Sequence record: DRR723986_5705
Length of the DNA stretch: 63,259 nt
Strand: one strand, 5' to 3'
Under the pieces are notes generated by a model. The model did no database searches. It was not told the origin of the DNA and was given only the letters and a program-made list of their open reading frames with translations. This document shows positions 38,098-47,090 of the stretch, in pieces (position 1 is the first letter of the stretch; the number at the start of each line of letters is the position of its first letter). A program made the position numbers and the translations under genes.

Positions 38098-39082
38098 GGC
38101 TTGATTTCAGGGTTGATGATGGAAATGGAAGGTGATTTGCCGATGAGAAAAGTTGCATCAGTCCATCAATGCTTTTGCAACTGAGTACCTCCTTGCGGGG
38201 CATATTTTTCAGGTTGACGATTTCGGCCCACAATTGGCGTTGTTCGTTTTGCTCTGCGGGTTTCAAGCGCAAGGTGACAATGCCGTTCAAGCAGTTCATC
38301 AGGCTGCCCAGGCGCACATCCAGTTCGGTGAGCCGGCTGATAGCCCCAAGGCAATCCGGTGCGTGTACAGACGCAAAAACCCGATGTCCGGTGAGTGCAG
38401 CATTCAGGGTGAGTTCTGCGGTCTCTTCATCCCTGACTTCGCCAACCAGAATGGTGTCCGGGTCCTGGCGCATCAATGAACGCAAGCCCGAGGCAAAGTT
38501 CAGGTGAGGTAGCCGCGACAAGTCGGTTTGAACTGCCTCGGGATTGATGATTTCTACTGGGTCTTCAAGTGTAGCGATCCGACCTGCACATGCACCCAGG
38601 TTATTGAGCATCGCATGCAGCGTGGTTGTTTTCCCGCTGCCAGTGGCGCCGGCTACCAGTGTGAGTCCGTGCTCGTGGGCAAGCAGTTGCTGAATATGCG
38701 TCAAGGCGGCCTGACTCAAGCCAAGCCGATTCAAATGCATGCGGCTGTGCGTATTCAACAGCCGGATCACCAGGTTTTCTCCGTGCAAGCTAGGGTGGGT
38801 CGCCAGTCGAAGATCAAGGTTGTTGCGAGTTAGCCGTGCGTCCTGTGGGCGGCGCGTTTCAGCAATATTCATTTTGCTTTCGGCCTTGAATGCTTGAACA
38901 AGGGATCTGCCAGTGTCGTTGGGAATATCTTGTGCATGGCTGAGTTTCCCGTTGATGCGCAGTCGCACGCGGAAGTTCATCTGGGCAGGCGTGATATGTA
39001 TGTCCGATGCATGCAGGGCGCTGGCATAGGCAATCGTGTTGTCAATATTCTTGAAGGCTGCGTCCAGCAGGATGTGTGTCAT
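38087..39082 (-). CDS. GspE/PilB-family secretion ATPase (minimal)
   Basis: ASDIHI, R.RING, E.RRPQD.R, Walker A GATGSGKTTT, TLEDPVE, RQDPDTILVGEVRD, TGH...SVH; ATG 39082 overlaps the secretin stop. Confidence 0.9.
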   Translation of the reverse strand: MTHILLDAAFKNIDNTIAYASALHASDIHITPAQMNFRVRLRINGKLSHAQDIPNDTGRSLVQAFKAESKMNIAETRRPQDARLTRNNLDLRLATHPSLHGENLVIRLLNTHSRMHLNRLGLSQAALTHIQQLLAHEHGLTLVAGATGSGKTTTLHAMLNNLGACAGRIATLEDPVEIINPEAVQTDLSRLPHLNFASGLRSLMRQDPDTILVGEVRDEETAELTLNAALTGHRVFASVHAPDCLGAISRLTELDVRLGSLMNCLNGIVTLRLKPAEQNEQRQLWAEIVNLKNMPRKEVLSCKSIDGLMQLFSSANHLPFPSSTLKSSHEN

Positions 39083-41055
39083 TGGATTTTTGCCTGAATC
39101 AATGAACGGACGGTGAGCAGGGGTAGCGAACATTCCTGATGCACGCATCGCGCCTCGGCCAGTGACAGTTGAGCGAGAGCATTATCGAAATGCCCGAGGC
39201 TGCTTTGATGAAGTGCCATGTTGTAGTAGGGCTCTGGCGTGTGCGGAAAGCGTTCAATCAAAAGCTCAAGAAGTGCGCTCAAGGCTTTGGTTTGCCCAGC
39301 CTGGTACATGATCAAGCCAGCGGCCAATGCCTTGTTGAGCTCGGCAAGTTCTTTTTGTATCTGGGGTTGATCTGCAGTTGAACTGTCGAGCACGGTCGCT
39401 TTGAGCAGCACCACCAGTTCAATGTGGTTATCTTCTCGGTTTTCGCTCTGTGTAATGAGGTCAACGGATTCTGGTGTACCCGGAATACCCCGGCTCAGGC
39501 GGCTGTTTTCTTTTTGCCGAAGTCCGCCCAGCAAGGCCATTTCGCCGCTTTTAAGTCGCAAGATTGATTCCAGTTCGCGGGTTTGTACCTCAGGTACCTT
39601 GCTAACAATGTTGAGTTGTTGCAGGGCAGGATTGGGATCTTGCACAAAACCTACGATACGGCTCAGTGTCGGGCGAACCCGCAACTGAATTGCATGGTTG
39701 TCTGCAATGTGTGGTGTCACCGTCATCAGAAAACCCACCGGAACTGTTTGAACCTGAGTGGTGAAAGTTGAAAAGGCAGGGCTGTTTTGTGTGGGTGCGC
39801 TGGTTTGGACATCGGTTGTGAAATACACCCGGTTGTCGATTACTTTCAGCACAGCGGCCTGTTGGTTCATGGTCACAACTCGCGGCGACGAAAGCACTTC
39901 GGTTTTTCCGAACTCCTCCAGCAGACGCAAGGCCAGACTGGTGTCCGTGTTGTTGCCTGTTTGCAAGGCGCTGAAGGTCAGTGCAGGGGAGCCCAGATTC
40001 AGCCCTTGAACAGCCAGGCCAGCCGTGATTCCGTTTTGGCGAAGCACATTCCAGTCAATTCCTCGCTCATAGCGATCGTTTAATGAGATCTCAGTGATCA
40101 CCGCTTCAATCACGATTTGTCGATCAACCCGACGTTGTATTTGCGCAAGCCACTGGCCTACCCGACGGTGCTGGCTGGGTTTTGCAATCACGGACACGGT
40201 TCCGGATTCAGGGTGGGCAATCACTCGCCCGGAACGGATTTCCTTGCGCGTGGTCGTGATGTCCCGTTTCTCGGTAGATACCGCCGTTGTGCTTCTCAAG
40301 TTGGGTTGCGCGCGGCGAGGTGAAGTATTGCGCGTACTTGCATAGGCCCGGTCTTCGTCCTCATCAATGATGCGCTCCCGGGTTGAGAGCTCGACCGGTT
40401 TTATCTGTGCCTGGATGATCTGTTCAATTTGAGTGGAAATGTCTTGCCACAAATCGTGTTGTTGTGAGTTGTTAAGAATCAGTTCTGACCGATTGCCTGT
40501 CTCCCGGCGATCAGTCAACTCACGATGGGCACCAGCAATGGCCGAACTCAAGCTGGATGAGTCATTCATTTGCCGTGCGATTGACAGGTAATCGACGGTG
40601 TAGACCCGCAACTCATCGACCTCGCATCGCATGGACAGTTGTTTGCCCTCAAACTGAACGCTGGCACCGGCCTGCAGTTCAAGGCTCTCGATCACTTGTT
40701 GAAGTGGCATTTCTCTTCCCACCATGCTGATCGGGTATTCGCCACAGCCATCCATTTCATAGCCAAGCTGCAGTTCGCGCGAAATCAGTTCGAGCACCTG
40801 GCTGGCGGGTATGTTTTCAAGCCGAAAAGTGAATGTTTGTTGATGTCTTTGCCACGCGTTGTTGCTGTGTTGAACTTTGTCTGCCCAAAAAACTGCATTC
40901 AATTCGAGCGTGTGTTGTGCCTCAGGTAGGGCAATTGCAAGGCTTGGTGACGGTGGAGTGGCCACGCAAGCGGTCAAGGCGGTGCAAAGACCGATTAAAA
41001 ACACACGCAGTGATGGCACGAGCAGGCTTTTCAGGGTTGAAGTGCTGCGGATCAT
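39079..41055 (-). CDS. Lipoprotein secretin (MshL-like) with C-terminal TPR-like extension
   Basis: Lipobox LTAC; RQIVIEAVITEI.L....GIDW, VLSSPRV...NQQ.A, G..MTVTP.I, SGE...LGGL, ELVVLLK. Start set at ATG 41055. Confidence 0.88.
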   Translation of the reverse strand: MIRSTSTLKSLLVPSLRVFLIGLCTALTACVATPPSPSLAIALPEAQHTLELNAVFWADKVQHSNNAWQRHQQTFTFRLENIPASQVLELISRELQLGYEMDGCGEYPISMVGREMPLQQVIESLELQAGASVQFEGKQLSMRCEVDELRVYTVDYLSIARQMNDSSSLSSAIAGAHRELTDRRETGNRSELILNNSQQHDLWQDISTQIEQIIQAQIKPVELSTRERIIDEDEDRAYASTRNTSPRRAQPNLRSTTAVSTEKRDITTTRKEIRSGRVIAHPESGTVSVIAKPSQHRRVGQWLAQIQRRVDRQIVIEAVITEISLNDRYERGIDWNVLRQNGITAGLAVQGLNLGSPALTFSALQTGNNTDTSLALRLLEEFGKTEVLSSPRVVTMNQQAAVLKVIDNRVYFTTDVQTSAPTQNSPAFSTFTTQVQTVPVGFLMTVTPHIADNHAIQLRVRPTLSRIVGFVQDPNPALQQLNIVSKVPEVQTRELESILRLKSGEMALLGGLRQKENSRLSRGIPGTPESVDLITQSENREDNHIELVVLLKATVLDSSTADQPQIQKELAELNKALAAGLIMYQAGQTKALSALLELLIERFPHTPEPYYNMALHQSSLGHFDNALAQLSLAEARCVHQECSLPLLTVRSLIQAKIQ

Positions 41056-41186
41056 ACTTTGATGAAACCATTTCCACGCTTCGTGGTCATGCCTTGTGAG
41101 TGAGCCCATCACCATTTGGATGGTGGGCGCATGTCCTTCGGGGTACAATAGCTCCCAAATTCGTATTCGCCTACTAAGGAGCCCCC

Positions 41187-41975
41187 ATGGGCTTTGTTGC
41201 TCAATTAAAAAACGTGGATTTCGGTTATGCCGATCGCCTCATCCTGGAAAACATTTCGCTGGACATTCCCAAGGGCAAAGTGGTTTCTGTCATGGGTGGC
41301 TCCGGTTCAGGCAAAACTACTTTGCTGCGCCTGATGTGCGGTCAGTACCCGGTGAATCGGGGTGAAGTGCAAGTTCTTGGCCAAAATGTGGTGACTGCAA
41401 GTACTCAGCAGCTTTATGCATTTCGAAAAAAAATCGGCGTGCTTTTTCAGTTTGGTGCCTTGTTTACTGACCTGAACGTGTTTGAGAATGTGGCGTTTCC
41501 GCTGCGCGAGCATACCAATCTGCCCGAGGCGGCCATTCGCGACCTGGTGTTGTTGAAGTTGCAAGCTGTGGGTCTTCGCGGCGCCAGCAAGCTTTTTCCT
41601 TCCGAAATTTCTGGCGGCATGAGCAGGCGCGTGGCCTTGGCCCGCGCCATCGCGCTGGATCCCGAACTGATTTTCTATGATGAACCATTTGCCGGGCTTG
41701 ACCCGATTTCATTGGGTATTACGGCGAATCTCATTCGCACGCTGAATGATGCATTGGGTGCCACCTCGGTGGTGGTCACACACGATATTCACGAGTCATT
41801 TGCAATCAGCGACCATGTCATCGTGATTGCAAACGGCAAGGTGCTGGCACAGGGTACACCTGCTGAAGTGGAGGCCAATCAGGATCCGTATGTTCAACAG
41901 TTCATCAAAGGCTTGCCTGAGGGGCCAGTGAAGTTTCATTACCCCGCGCGCAACTTGCAGGAGGACTTCGCATGA
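41187..41975 (+). CDS. mlaF: Phospholipid ABC transporter ATPase
   Basis: [58 protein letters not shown]. Confidence 0.95.
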   Translation: MGFVAQLKNVDFGYADRLILENISLDIPKGKVVSVMGGSGSGKTTLLRLMCGQYPVNRGEVQVLGQNVVTASTQQLYAFRKKIGVLFQFGALFTDLNVFENVAFPLREHTNLPEAAIRDLVLLKLQAVGLRGASKLFPSEISGGMSRRVALARAIALDPELIFYDEPFAGLDPISLGITANLIRTLNDALGATSVVVTHDIHESFAISDHVIVIANGKVLAQGTPAEVEANQDPYVQQFIKGLPEGPVKFHYPARNLQEDFA

Positions 41976-42757
41976 ATCCGGTCCTCTTGGTTTCCCGTCT
42001 GGGCGCCGGCGTCATTGCCACAATCGCTGGCTTGGGGATTTTTGCGCGTTTCGTGGGCACCTTGTTCATGTTGCTTCCCAAAGCCCTGTTGCGCCCCCGC
42101 CTCATCATTGATCAGGTTCATTTCATCGGCAATTACTCACTGGTCATTATTGTTGTTTCAGGGCTGTTTGTGGGTTTTGTGTTGGGCTTGCAGGGCTATT
42201 ACACCTTGAACAGGTACGGTGCCGAGCAGGCCTTAGGCCTCTTGGTGGCCCTGTCACTGGTTCGTGAATTGGGTCCCGTGGTGTCTGCCTTGTTGTTTGC
42301 AGGCCGGGCTGGCACGTCGCTAACTGCCGAAATCGGTTTGATGAAAGCTGGCGAGCAGCTGACTGCCATGGAAATGATGGCGGTCGACCCCAAGGCCCGC
42401 ATTGTCTCTCCACGATGGATCGCAGGTTTGATTTCCTTGCCTTTGTTGGCGGGGTTGTTCAGCGCCGTGGGCATTTTTGGCGGTTATGTGGTGGGTGTGT
42501 TGTTGATTGGTGTGGACGCGGGTGCATTTTGGTCCCAAATGCAGGCGGGCGTCGATGTGCGCGATGACATTCTCAACGGCGTAATCAAAAGCGTGGTGTT
42601 TGGTGTGGCTGTCAGTTCAATTGCCCTGTTTCAGGGCTATGCCTGTCAGCCGACACCTGAGGGCGTTTCCAGGGCGACTACCCGAACAGTGGTGATTTCT
42701 TCCCTGACCATTTTGGGTCTCGATTTCGTGCTTACAGCACTCATGTTCAGTATTTAA
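41972..42757 (+). CDS. mlaE: Phospholipid ABC transporter permease
   Basis: [35 protein letters not shown]. Confidence 0.95.
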   Translation: MNPVLLVSRLGAGVIATIAGLGIFARFVGTLFMLLPKALLRPRLIIDQVHFIGNYSLVIIVVSGLFVGFVLGLQGYYTLNRYGAEQALGLLVALSLVRELGPVVSALLFAGRAGTSLTAEIGLMKAGEQLTAMEMMAVDPKARIVSPRWIAGLISLPLLAGLFSAVGIFGGYVVGVLLIGVDAGAFWSQMQAGVDVRDDILNGVIKSVVFGVAVSSIALFQGYACQPTPEGVSRATTRTVVISSLTILGLDFVLTALMFSI

Positions 42758-42769
42758 CGGATTGAAGGT

Positions 42770-43243
42770 ATGAAAAAGAACACGGTGGTGGATTTTTGGG
42801 TGGGCCTCTTTGTACTGATTGGTGCACTAGCCCTGGTATTTCTCGCCTTGAAGGCAGGCAATTTGAGTTCTTTCACTACAGGTGATCAATACCGGGTGAC
42901 GGCTGAATTTGACAACATTGGTGGATTAAAGCCCCGTGCGCCAGTCAAAAGTGCGGGCGTCACCGTGGGTCGTGTGGCCAACATCAACCTTGATCCTGTC
43001 ACTTTCCGTGCCGTAGTGGCTCTGGATTTGGAGGAGGGCTTCGAGTTTCCCAAGGACTCTTCAGCTAGAATTCTCACTTCGGGCTTGCTGGGCGAGCAAT
43101 ATGTCGGTATCGAGGCCGGTGGTGATCTCGAGAATTTGGCCGGTGGTGAAAAGTTTGCACGCACTCAATCCGCTGTGGTGCTTGAAAACCTGATCAGCCA
43201 GTTTTTGTTTAGCAAAGCCTCGGAAGGCGACTCCGAAAAGTGA
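42770..43243 (+). CDS. mlaD: MCE-domain protein
   Basis: FWVGLF, FDNIGGLK.RAPVK.AGV.VGRV, LTSGLLGEQY, TQSA.VLE.LI. Confidence 0.95.
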   Translation: MKKNTVVDFWVGLFVLIGALALVFLALKAGNLSSFTTGDQYRVTAEFDNIGGLKPRAPVKSAGVTVGRVANINLDPVTFRAVVALDLEEGFEFPKDSSARILTSGLLGEQYVGIEAGGDLENLAGGEKFARTQSAVVLENLISQFLFSKASEGDSEK

Positions 43244-43264
43244 TGAAGGGGATTTGAAGTGTTA

Positions 43265-44155
43265 ATGTCCATTCGTAAAGTGATTGTATTGCTTGGCGTG
43301 CTCGGCCTGTCCACCGCATGCACGAGCATGCGCGCCCCTTCCGAGTCAGACCCGCTGGAAGGATTCAACCGTTCCGTTGACGGATTTAACCAGGTAGTTG
43401 ACAAGGCGGTGGTGAAGCCACTGGCGCAGGGTTACGACAAGGTAACGCCGCCAGAAATCAAAACCGTGATCGGAAATTTCTTTTCCAACCTTGATGACAT
43501 CAGCGTTGCGGTCAACAACTTGCTGCAAGGCAAGCCCAGGGCTGCTGGAAGCGACATCACGCGTTTTGCCTTGAATACGACCATTGGTATTGTGGGCTTG
43601 GCCGATGTGGCCACCGAACTGGGGTTCCAGAAGAACGACGAGGATTTTGGCCAGACACTAGGGGTGTGGGGTGTGGGTTCAGGCCCTTACCTGGTGTTGC
43701 CCCTGCTTGGGCCCAGCACCCTGCGTGACGCACCTGCCCGGCTGGTTGATGCTCCGCTCGATCCCCTGTACCACTATGATGACGTGAGGGTTCGCAACAG
43801 TTTGCTGGTTGTGAATGTGGTGAATACGCGGGCCCGTCTGTTGCCAGCCACTGATCTGGTTGAACGTGTTGCGCTGGATCAATATGCCTTCGTGCGCGAC
43901 GCCTACCTGAAACGCCGTGCCAGTTTGGTCCGAGATGGCGCCCCTGATCCCGATGAACAAGGCTATGACGATTTTGAAGAAGAGTCGCGTAGCGAGGTTC
44001 CTCAACATTTCCCACCCTTCAAGGCCGCGTTGCTACAACTTGAATCAAACAGCGCAACTTCAGGTGTGCAGGCTGGCGCGAATTCGCCAATCGGTTTGCC
44101 TGCCGACCTTCAGCAAAGCGAACGGGCCAAGACTGGCCTGGGCCTGTTGAACTGA
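43265..44155 (+). CDS. mlaA: VacJ/MlaA outer-membrane lipoprotein
   Basis: Lipobox STAC, DPLEGFNR, EDFGQTLG.WGV..GPYLVLP.LGPST.RD. Confidence 0.93.
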   Translation: MSIRKVIVLLGVLGLSTACTSMRAPSESDPLEGFNRSVDGFNQVVDKAVVKPLAQGYDKVTPPEIKTVIGNFFSNLDDISVAVNNLLQGKPRAAGSDITRFALNTTIGIVGLADVATELGFQKNDEDFGQTLGVWGVGSGPYLVLPLLGPSTLRDAPARLVDAPLDPLYHYDDVRVRNSLLVVNVVNTRARLLPATDLVERVALDQYAFVRDAYLKRRASLVRDGAPDPDEQGYDDFEEESRSEVPQHFPPFKAALLQLESNSATSGVQAGANSPIGLPADLQQSERAKTGLGLLN

Positions 44156-44227
44156 TTGGCCTTGCGCGGGTCAACCCTTGGGTAGGTGTTGCGTTTTTAG
44201 ACTAATGACAAATGTTTTGGAAGAATC

Positions 44228-44851
44228 ATGACTACAGCAGTGAATAAGTTGTTTAAATGGGTTTCGGCTGCGGCTTTGGGTTTTGGCTTGATTTCCCAGC
44301 CAGCCTTGGCGCAGGATGTGCCTGCCAACGAGTTTGTTGAAAAGTTCAGCAATGAAGTGTTGACAGAGATCAAGGCACGCAAACAAGAATTGCTGGCTGA
44401 CCCCAAGAAGCTGGACGCATTGATTGACCAGAAAGTCATGCCCAATGTGAACTTTCGGAAAATGACCCAGTTGGTCGTCGGTCGTCCATGGCGAGAAGCC
44501 ACGCCCGAGCAGCGTGAGCAAATTACCAAGGAGTTTCGTACCCTGTTGGTGAAAACCTATTCTGGCGCCTTGGCCCAGGTGGGTGATCAAACCCTGCAGG
44601 TAGACCGTTTGCGTGCCCGTCCCGAGGACACCGATGTGATCGTCAACAGCCGTGTTATTCAGAAAGGCGCGCCACCCGTGGATCTGGCTTACCGTGTGGA
44701 AAAGAAAGACGGCAAATGGCTGATTTATGACCTGAGTGTATTGGGTCTGTGGCTTGTTGATTCTTACAAGGCCCAATTCGGTACCGTGCTCTCCAATTCT
44801 GGCGTGGATGGTTTGATTCAGACCCTGAAAACCCTGAACGCAAAGGGTTGA
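44228..44851 (+). CDS. mlaC: Periplasmic phospholipid-binding protein
   Basis: Signal peptide; G..WR.ATPEQ, F..LL..TYS, W..YD....G.WL...Y..QF. Confidence 0.9.
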   Translation: MTTAVNKLFKWVSAAALGFGLISQPALAQDVPANEFVEKFSNEVLTEIKARKQELLADPKKLDALIDQKVMPNVNFRKMTQLVVGRPWREATPEQREQITKEFRTLLVKTYSGALAQVGDQTLQVDRLRARPEDTDVIVNSRVIQKGAPPVDLAYRVEKKDGKWLIYDLSVLGLWLVDSYKAQFGTVLSNSGVDGLIQTLKTLNAKG

Positions 44852-44852
44852 T

Positions 44853-45104
44853 ATGAAAATATCGGCCGATCAGATTACCGTTCGAAACGGAGACCAGGTG
44901 ATCGCCGAGGTAGCCAAGGCATTCGCCTTGGGCGACCATGTCATTGATTTTTCCGAAGTCAAGCATGTGGACTCCACTGCATTGGCCGTCCTGCTGGCGG
45001 CCAAGCGAGTGCTTAAATCAGACAAAACCCTTGAACTCCAACATCCTCCCGCGCAGCTGGACAGTTTGATCGCTGCCTACGGAGTACAATCTCTCTTCTC
45101 CTAA
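44853..45104 (+). CDS. mlaB: STAS-domain protein
   Basis: VDSTALAVLL STAS motif; operon position. Confidence 0.85.
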   Translation: MKISADQITVRNGDQVIAEVAKAFALGDHVIDFSEVKHVDSTALAVLLAAKRVLKSDKTLELQHPPAQLDSLIAAYGVQSLFS

Positions 45105-45137
45105 AACCTGTAGCACCTTTCTTGGGTGCGAGAAGTC

Positions 45138-46046
45138 ATGTCGTTTGCGCTAGAGCTGAGCTCTGTATCCAAATATTTTGGTGAATTCCGTTCCTTGAAC
45201 AATGTGTCACTCACAGTTCAGGAAGGGGAGTTTTTCGCCTTGCTCGGGCCAAACGGTGCCGGCAAAACAACGTTGATCAATATCATTGCCGGCCTAAGCC
45301 GTGCCAGTACAGGTATCGCCAAAGTCATGGGTTTTGATGTGGTGGATCAGTTTCGCGATGCGCGTCGCAGTATTGGTATCGTGCCCCAGGAATTGGTGTT
45401 TGATCCGTTTTTTTCGGTACGTGAAACCCTGCGTTTTCAGTCGGGTTACTTCGGCCTGAAGAAAAATGATGACTGGATCGACGAACTTCTGGATTCACTG
45501 AGCCTCGCAGACAAAGCCGACAACAACATGCGTACTTTGTCAGGAGGCATGAAGCGAAGGGTGATGGTTGCCCAGGCGCTTGTTCACAAACCTCCGGTGA
45601 TTGTGCTGGATGAGCCTACTGCGGGTGTCGACGTGGAATTGCGTCAAACACTCTGGAAATTCATTGCAGGCTTGAACCAGAAAGGGCACACCATTCTATT
45701 GACCACCCATTACCTCGAAGAGGCGGAAACCCTGTGTAACCGCATCGCCATGTTGAAAAAGGGTGAGGTACTCACCGTGGACACCACGCCAAACCTGCTG
45801 AAGAAGCACGCCAATCAGACGCTGAACCTTCAGTTAAACGGTGTATTGCCCTCTGGTCTGCAAGCCAAGGTGTTGAAGGCCCAGGTCAGCGAAGGGCGCT
45901 ACACTTTGGCATTGAATGGACCTGCAGAAATCGAGCAAATACTGGCGCAATGTCGCAAAGACCACCTGGACGTCTTGGAGTGCAGTATCGAAAAACCAGA
46001 CCTCGAGGAAGTATTTGTGCAGCTGATGAGTGGGGGTTCCAAATGA
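45138..46046 (+). CDS. ABC-2 transporter ATP-binding protein (YadG-like)
   Basis: [44 protein letters not shown]. Confidence 0.9.
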   Translation: MSFALELSSVSKYFGEFRSLNNVSLTVQEGEFFALLGPNGAGKTTLINIIAGLSRASTGIAKVMGFDVVDQFRDARRSIGIVPQELVFDPFFSVRETLRFQSGYFGLKKNDDWIDELLDSLSLADKADNNMRTLSGGMKRRVMVAQALVHKPPVIVLDEPTAGVDVELRQTLWKFIAGLNQKGHTILLTTHYLEEAETLCNRIAMLKKGEVLTVDTTPNLLKKHANQTLNLQLNGVLPSGLQAKVLKAQVSEGRYTLALNGPAEIEQILAQCRKDHLDVLECSIEKPDLEEVFVQLMSGGSK

Positions 46047-46798
46047 CTGGTTGGCAAACCCTGTTCAAAAAGGAAATTCTGCGCTTCTGGAAGGTCAGTT
46101 TTCAAACCGTGCTGGCCCCGGTGGTCACAGCTCTACTGTACCTCATGATTTTCTCGCATGTACTGGATGGCAAAGTCGAGCCTTACCCGGGCGTCAGCTA
46201 TGCGGCCTTCTTGGTCCCTGGCCTGGTCATGATGTCAGTGCTTCAGAACGCATTTGCGAACTCATCCTCCAGCCTCATTCAATCAAAAATTACTGGCAAC
46301 CTGGTGTTTGTGTTGTTGCCACCTTTGTCCCATCTCGAGTTTTTCTCGGCGTATGTTCTGGCCTCCATGGCCCGTGGCATTGCTGTTGGTTTGGGGGTGT
46401 TGTTGGTCACGGTCGCGTTCGTCGGTCTGCATGTGTACAACCCGGTGTGGATTCTCGTGCATGCATTGGTAGGTTCAGCCCTGCTGGGTACCATGGGCGT
46501 AATTGCAGGCATTTGGGCTGAAAAATTTGATCAGTTGGCCGCCTTCCAGAACTTCATCATTATGCCGGCTACTTTTTTGTCGGGTGTGTTCTATTCCATC
46601 CACTCCTTGCCAGCGGTGTGGCAAACCGTATCGCACTTCAATCCGTTTTTCTACCTCATAGATGGTTTTCGCTACGGCTTTTTCGGTGTAAGCGATGTCA
46701 GCCCCTGGTTTAGTCTGGCCATCGGCCTGTCCGCCTGGGCGGTTTTGACCGTAATTGCGATGCGCATGGTGACCTCTGGTTACAAATTGAGGGGATAA
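46043..46798 (+). CDS. ABC-2 transporter permease (YadH-like)
   Basis: KEILRFW, PGLVMM, NSSSS, LSGVFYS, NPFFY.IDGFRYGF; ATG 46043 overlaps the previous stop. Confidence 0.9.
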   Translation: MTGWQTLFKKEILRFWKVSFQTVLAPVVTALLYLMIFSHVLDGKVEPYPGVSYAAFLVPGLVMMSVLQNAFANSSSSLIQSKITGNLVFVLLPPLSHLEFFSAYVLASMARGIAVGLGVLLVTVAFVGLHVYNPVWILVHALVGSALLGTMGVIAGIWAEKFDQLAAFQNFIIMPATFLSGVFYSIHSLPAVWQTVSHFNPFFYLIDGFRYGFFGVSDVSPWFSLAIGLSAWAVLTVIAMRMVTSGYKLRG

Positions 46799-46831
46799 TA
46801 GTGCTGTTGAATCAAAAGGATAGGAAAAATC

Positions 46832-47074
46832 ATGTTGTTGCCTGAAACCGTTCGCGGCTATATTGCGCAGGGCTTGGAATGTGAGCACCTCACTGTGTCT
46901 GGTGACGGTCAGCATTTTGAGGCGGTCATCGTGGCCAGCGCATTTGAGGGACTGCGCGCCATTCAGCGCCATCAAAAAGTGTATGCAGTACTGGGTGACA
47001 GGATGCGTGCCGAAATTCACGCCCTGTCGATGAAAACATTGACGCCCGCGGAATGGGCTCAACAACAAGCGTAA
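46832..47074 (+). CDS. ibaG: BolA/IbaG family protein
   Basis: GDGQHF, F.G...IQRHQ.VY, IHALSM; immediately upstream of murA. Confidence 0.88.
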   Translation: MLLPETVRGYIAQGLECEHLTVSGDGQHFEAVIVASAFEGLRAIQRHQKVYAVLGDRMRAEIHALSMKTLTPAEWAQQQA

Positions 47075-47090
47075 AAAGGACTGCCCTTCA

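Noticed and set aside
41056-41148. ORF-track N-terminal extension of the secretin
   Set aside because: It would place the lipoprotein signal peptide 31 aa inside the protein and overlap the likely mlaF promoter region (TACAAT at 41144); ATG 41055 fits better.
41056-41186. Sigma-54 promoter for the filament operon, given nearby rpoN
   Set aside because: No convincing TGGCAC-N5-TTGC was found by eye on the minus strand; only an imperfect hairpin at about 41104-41128.
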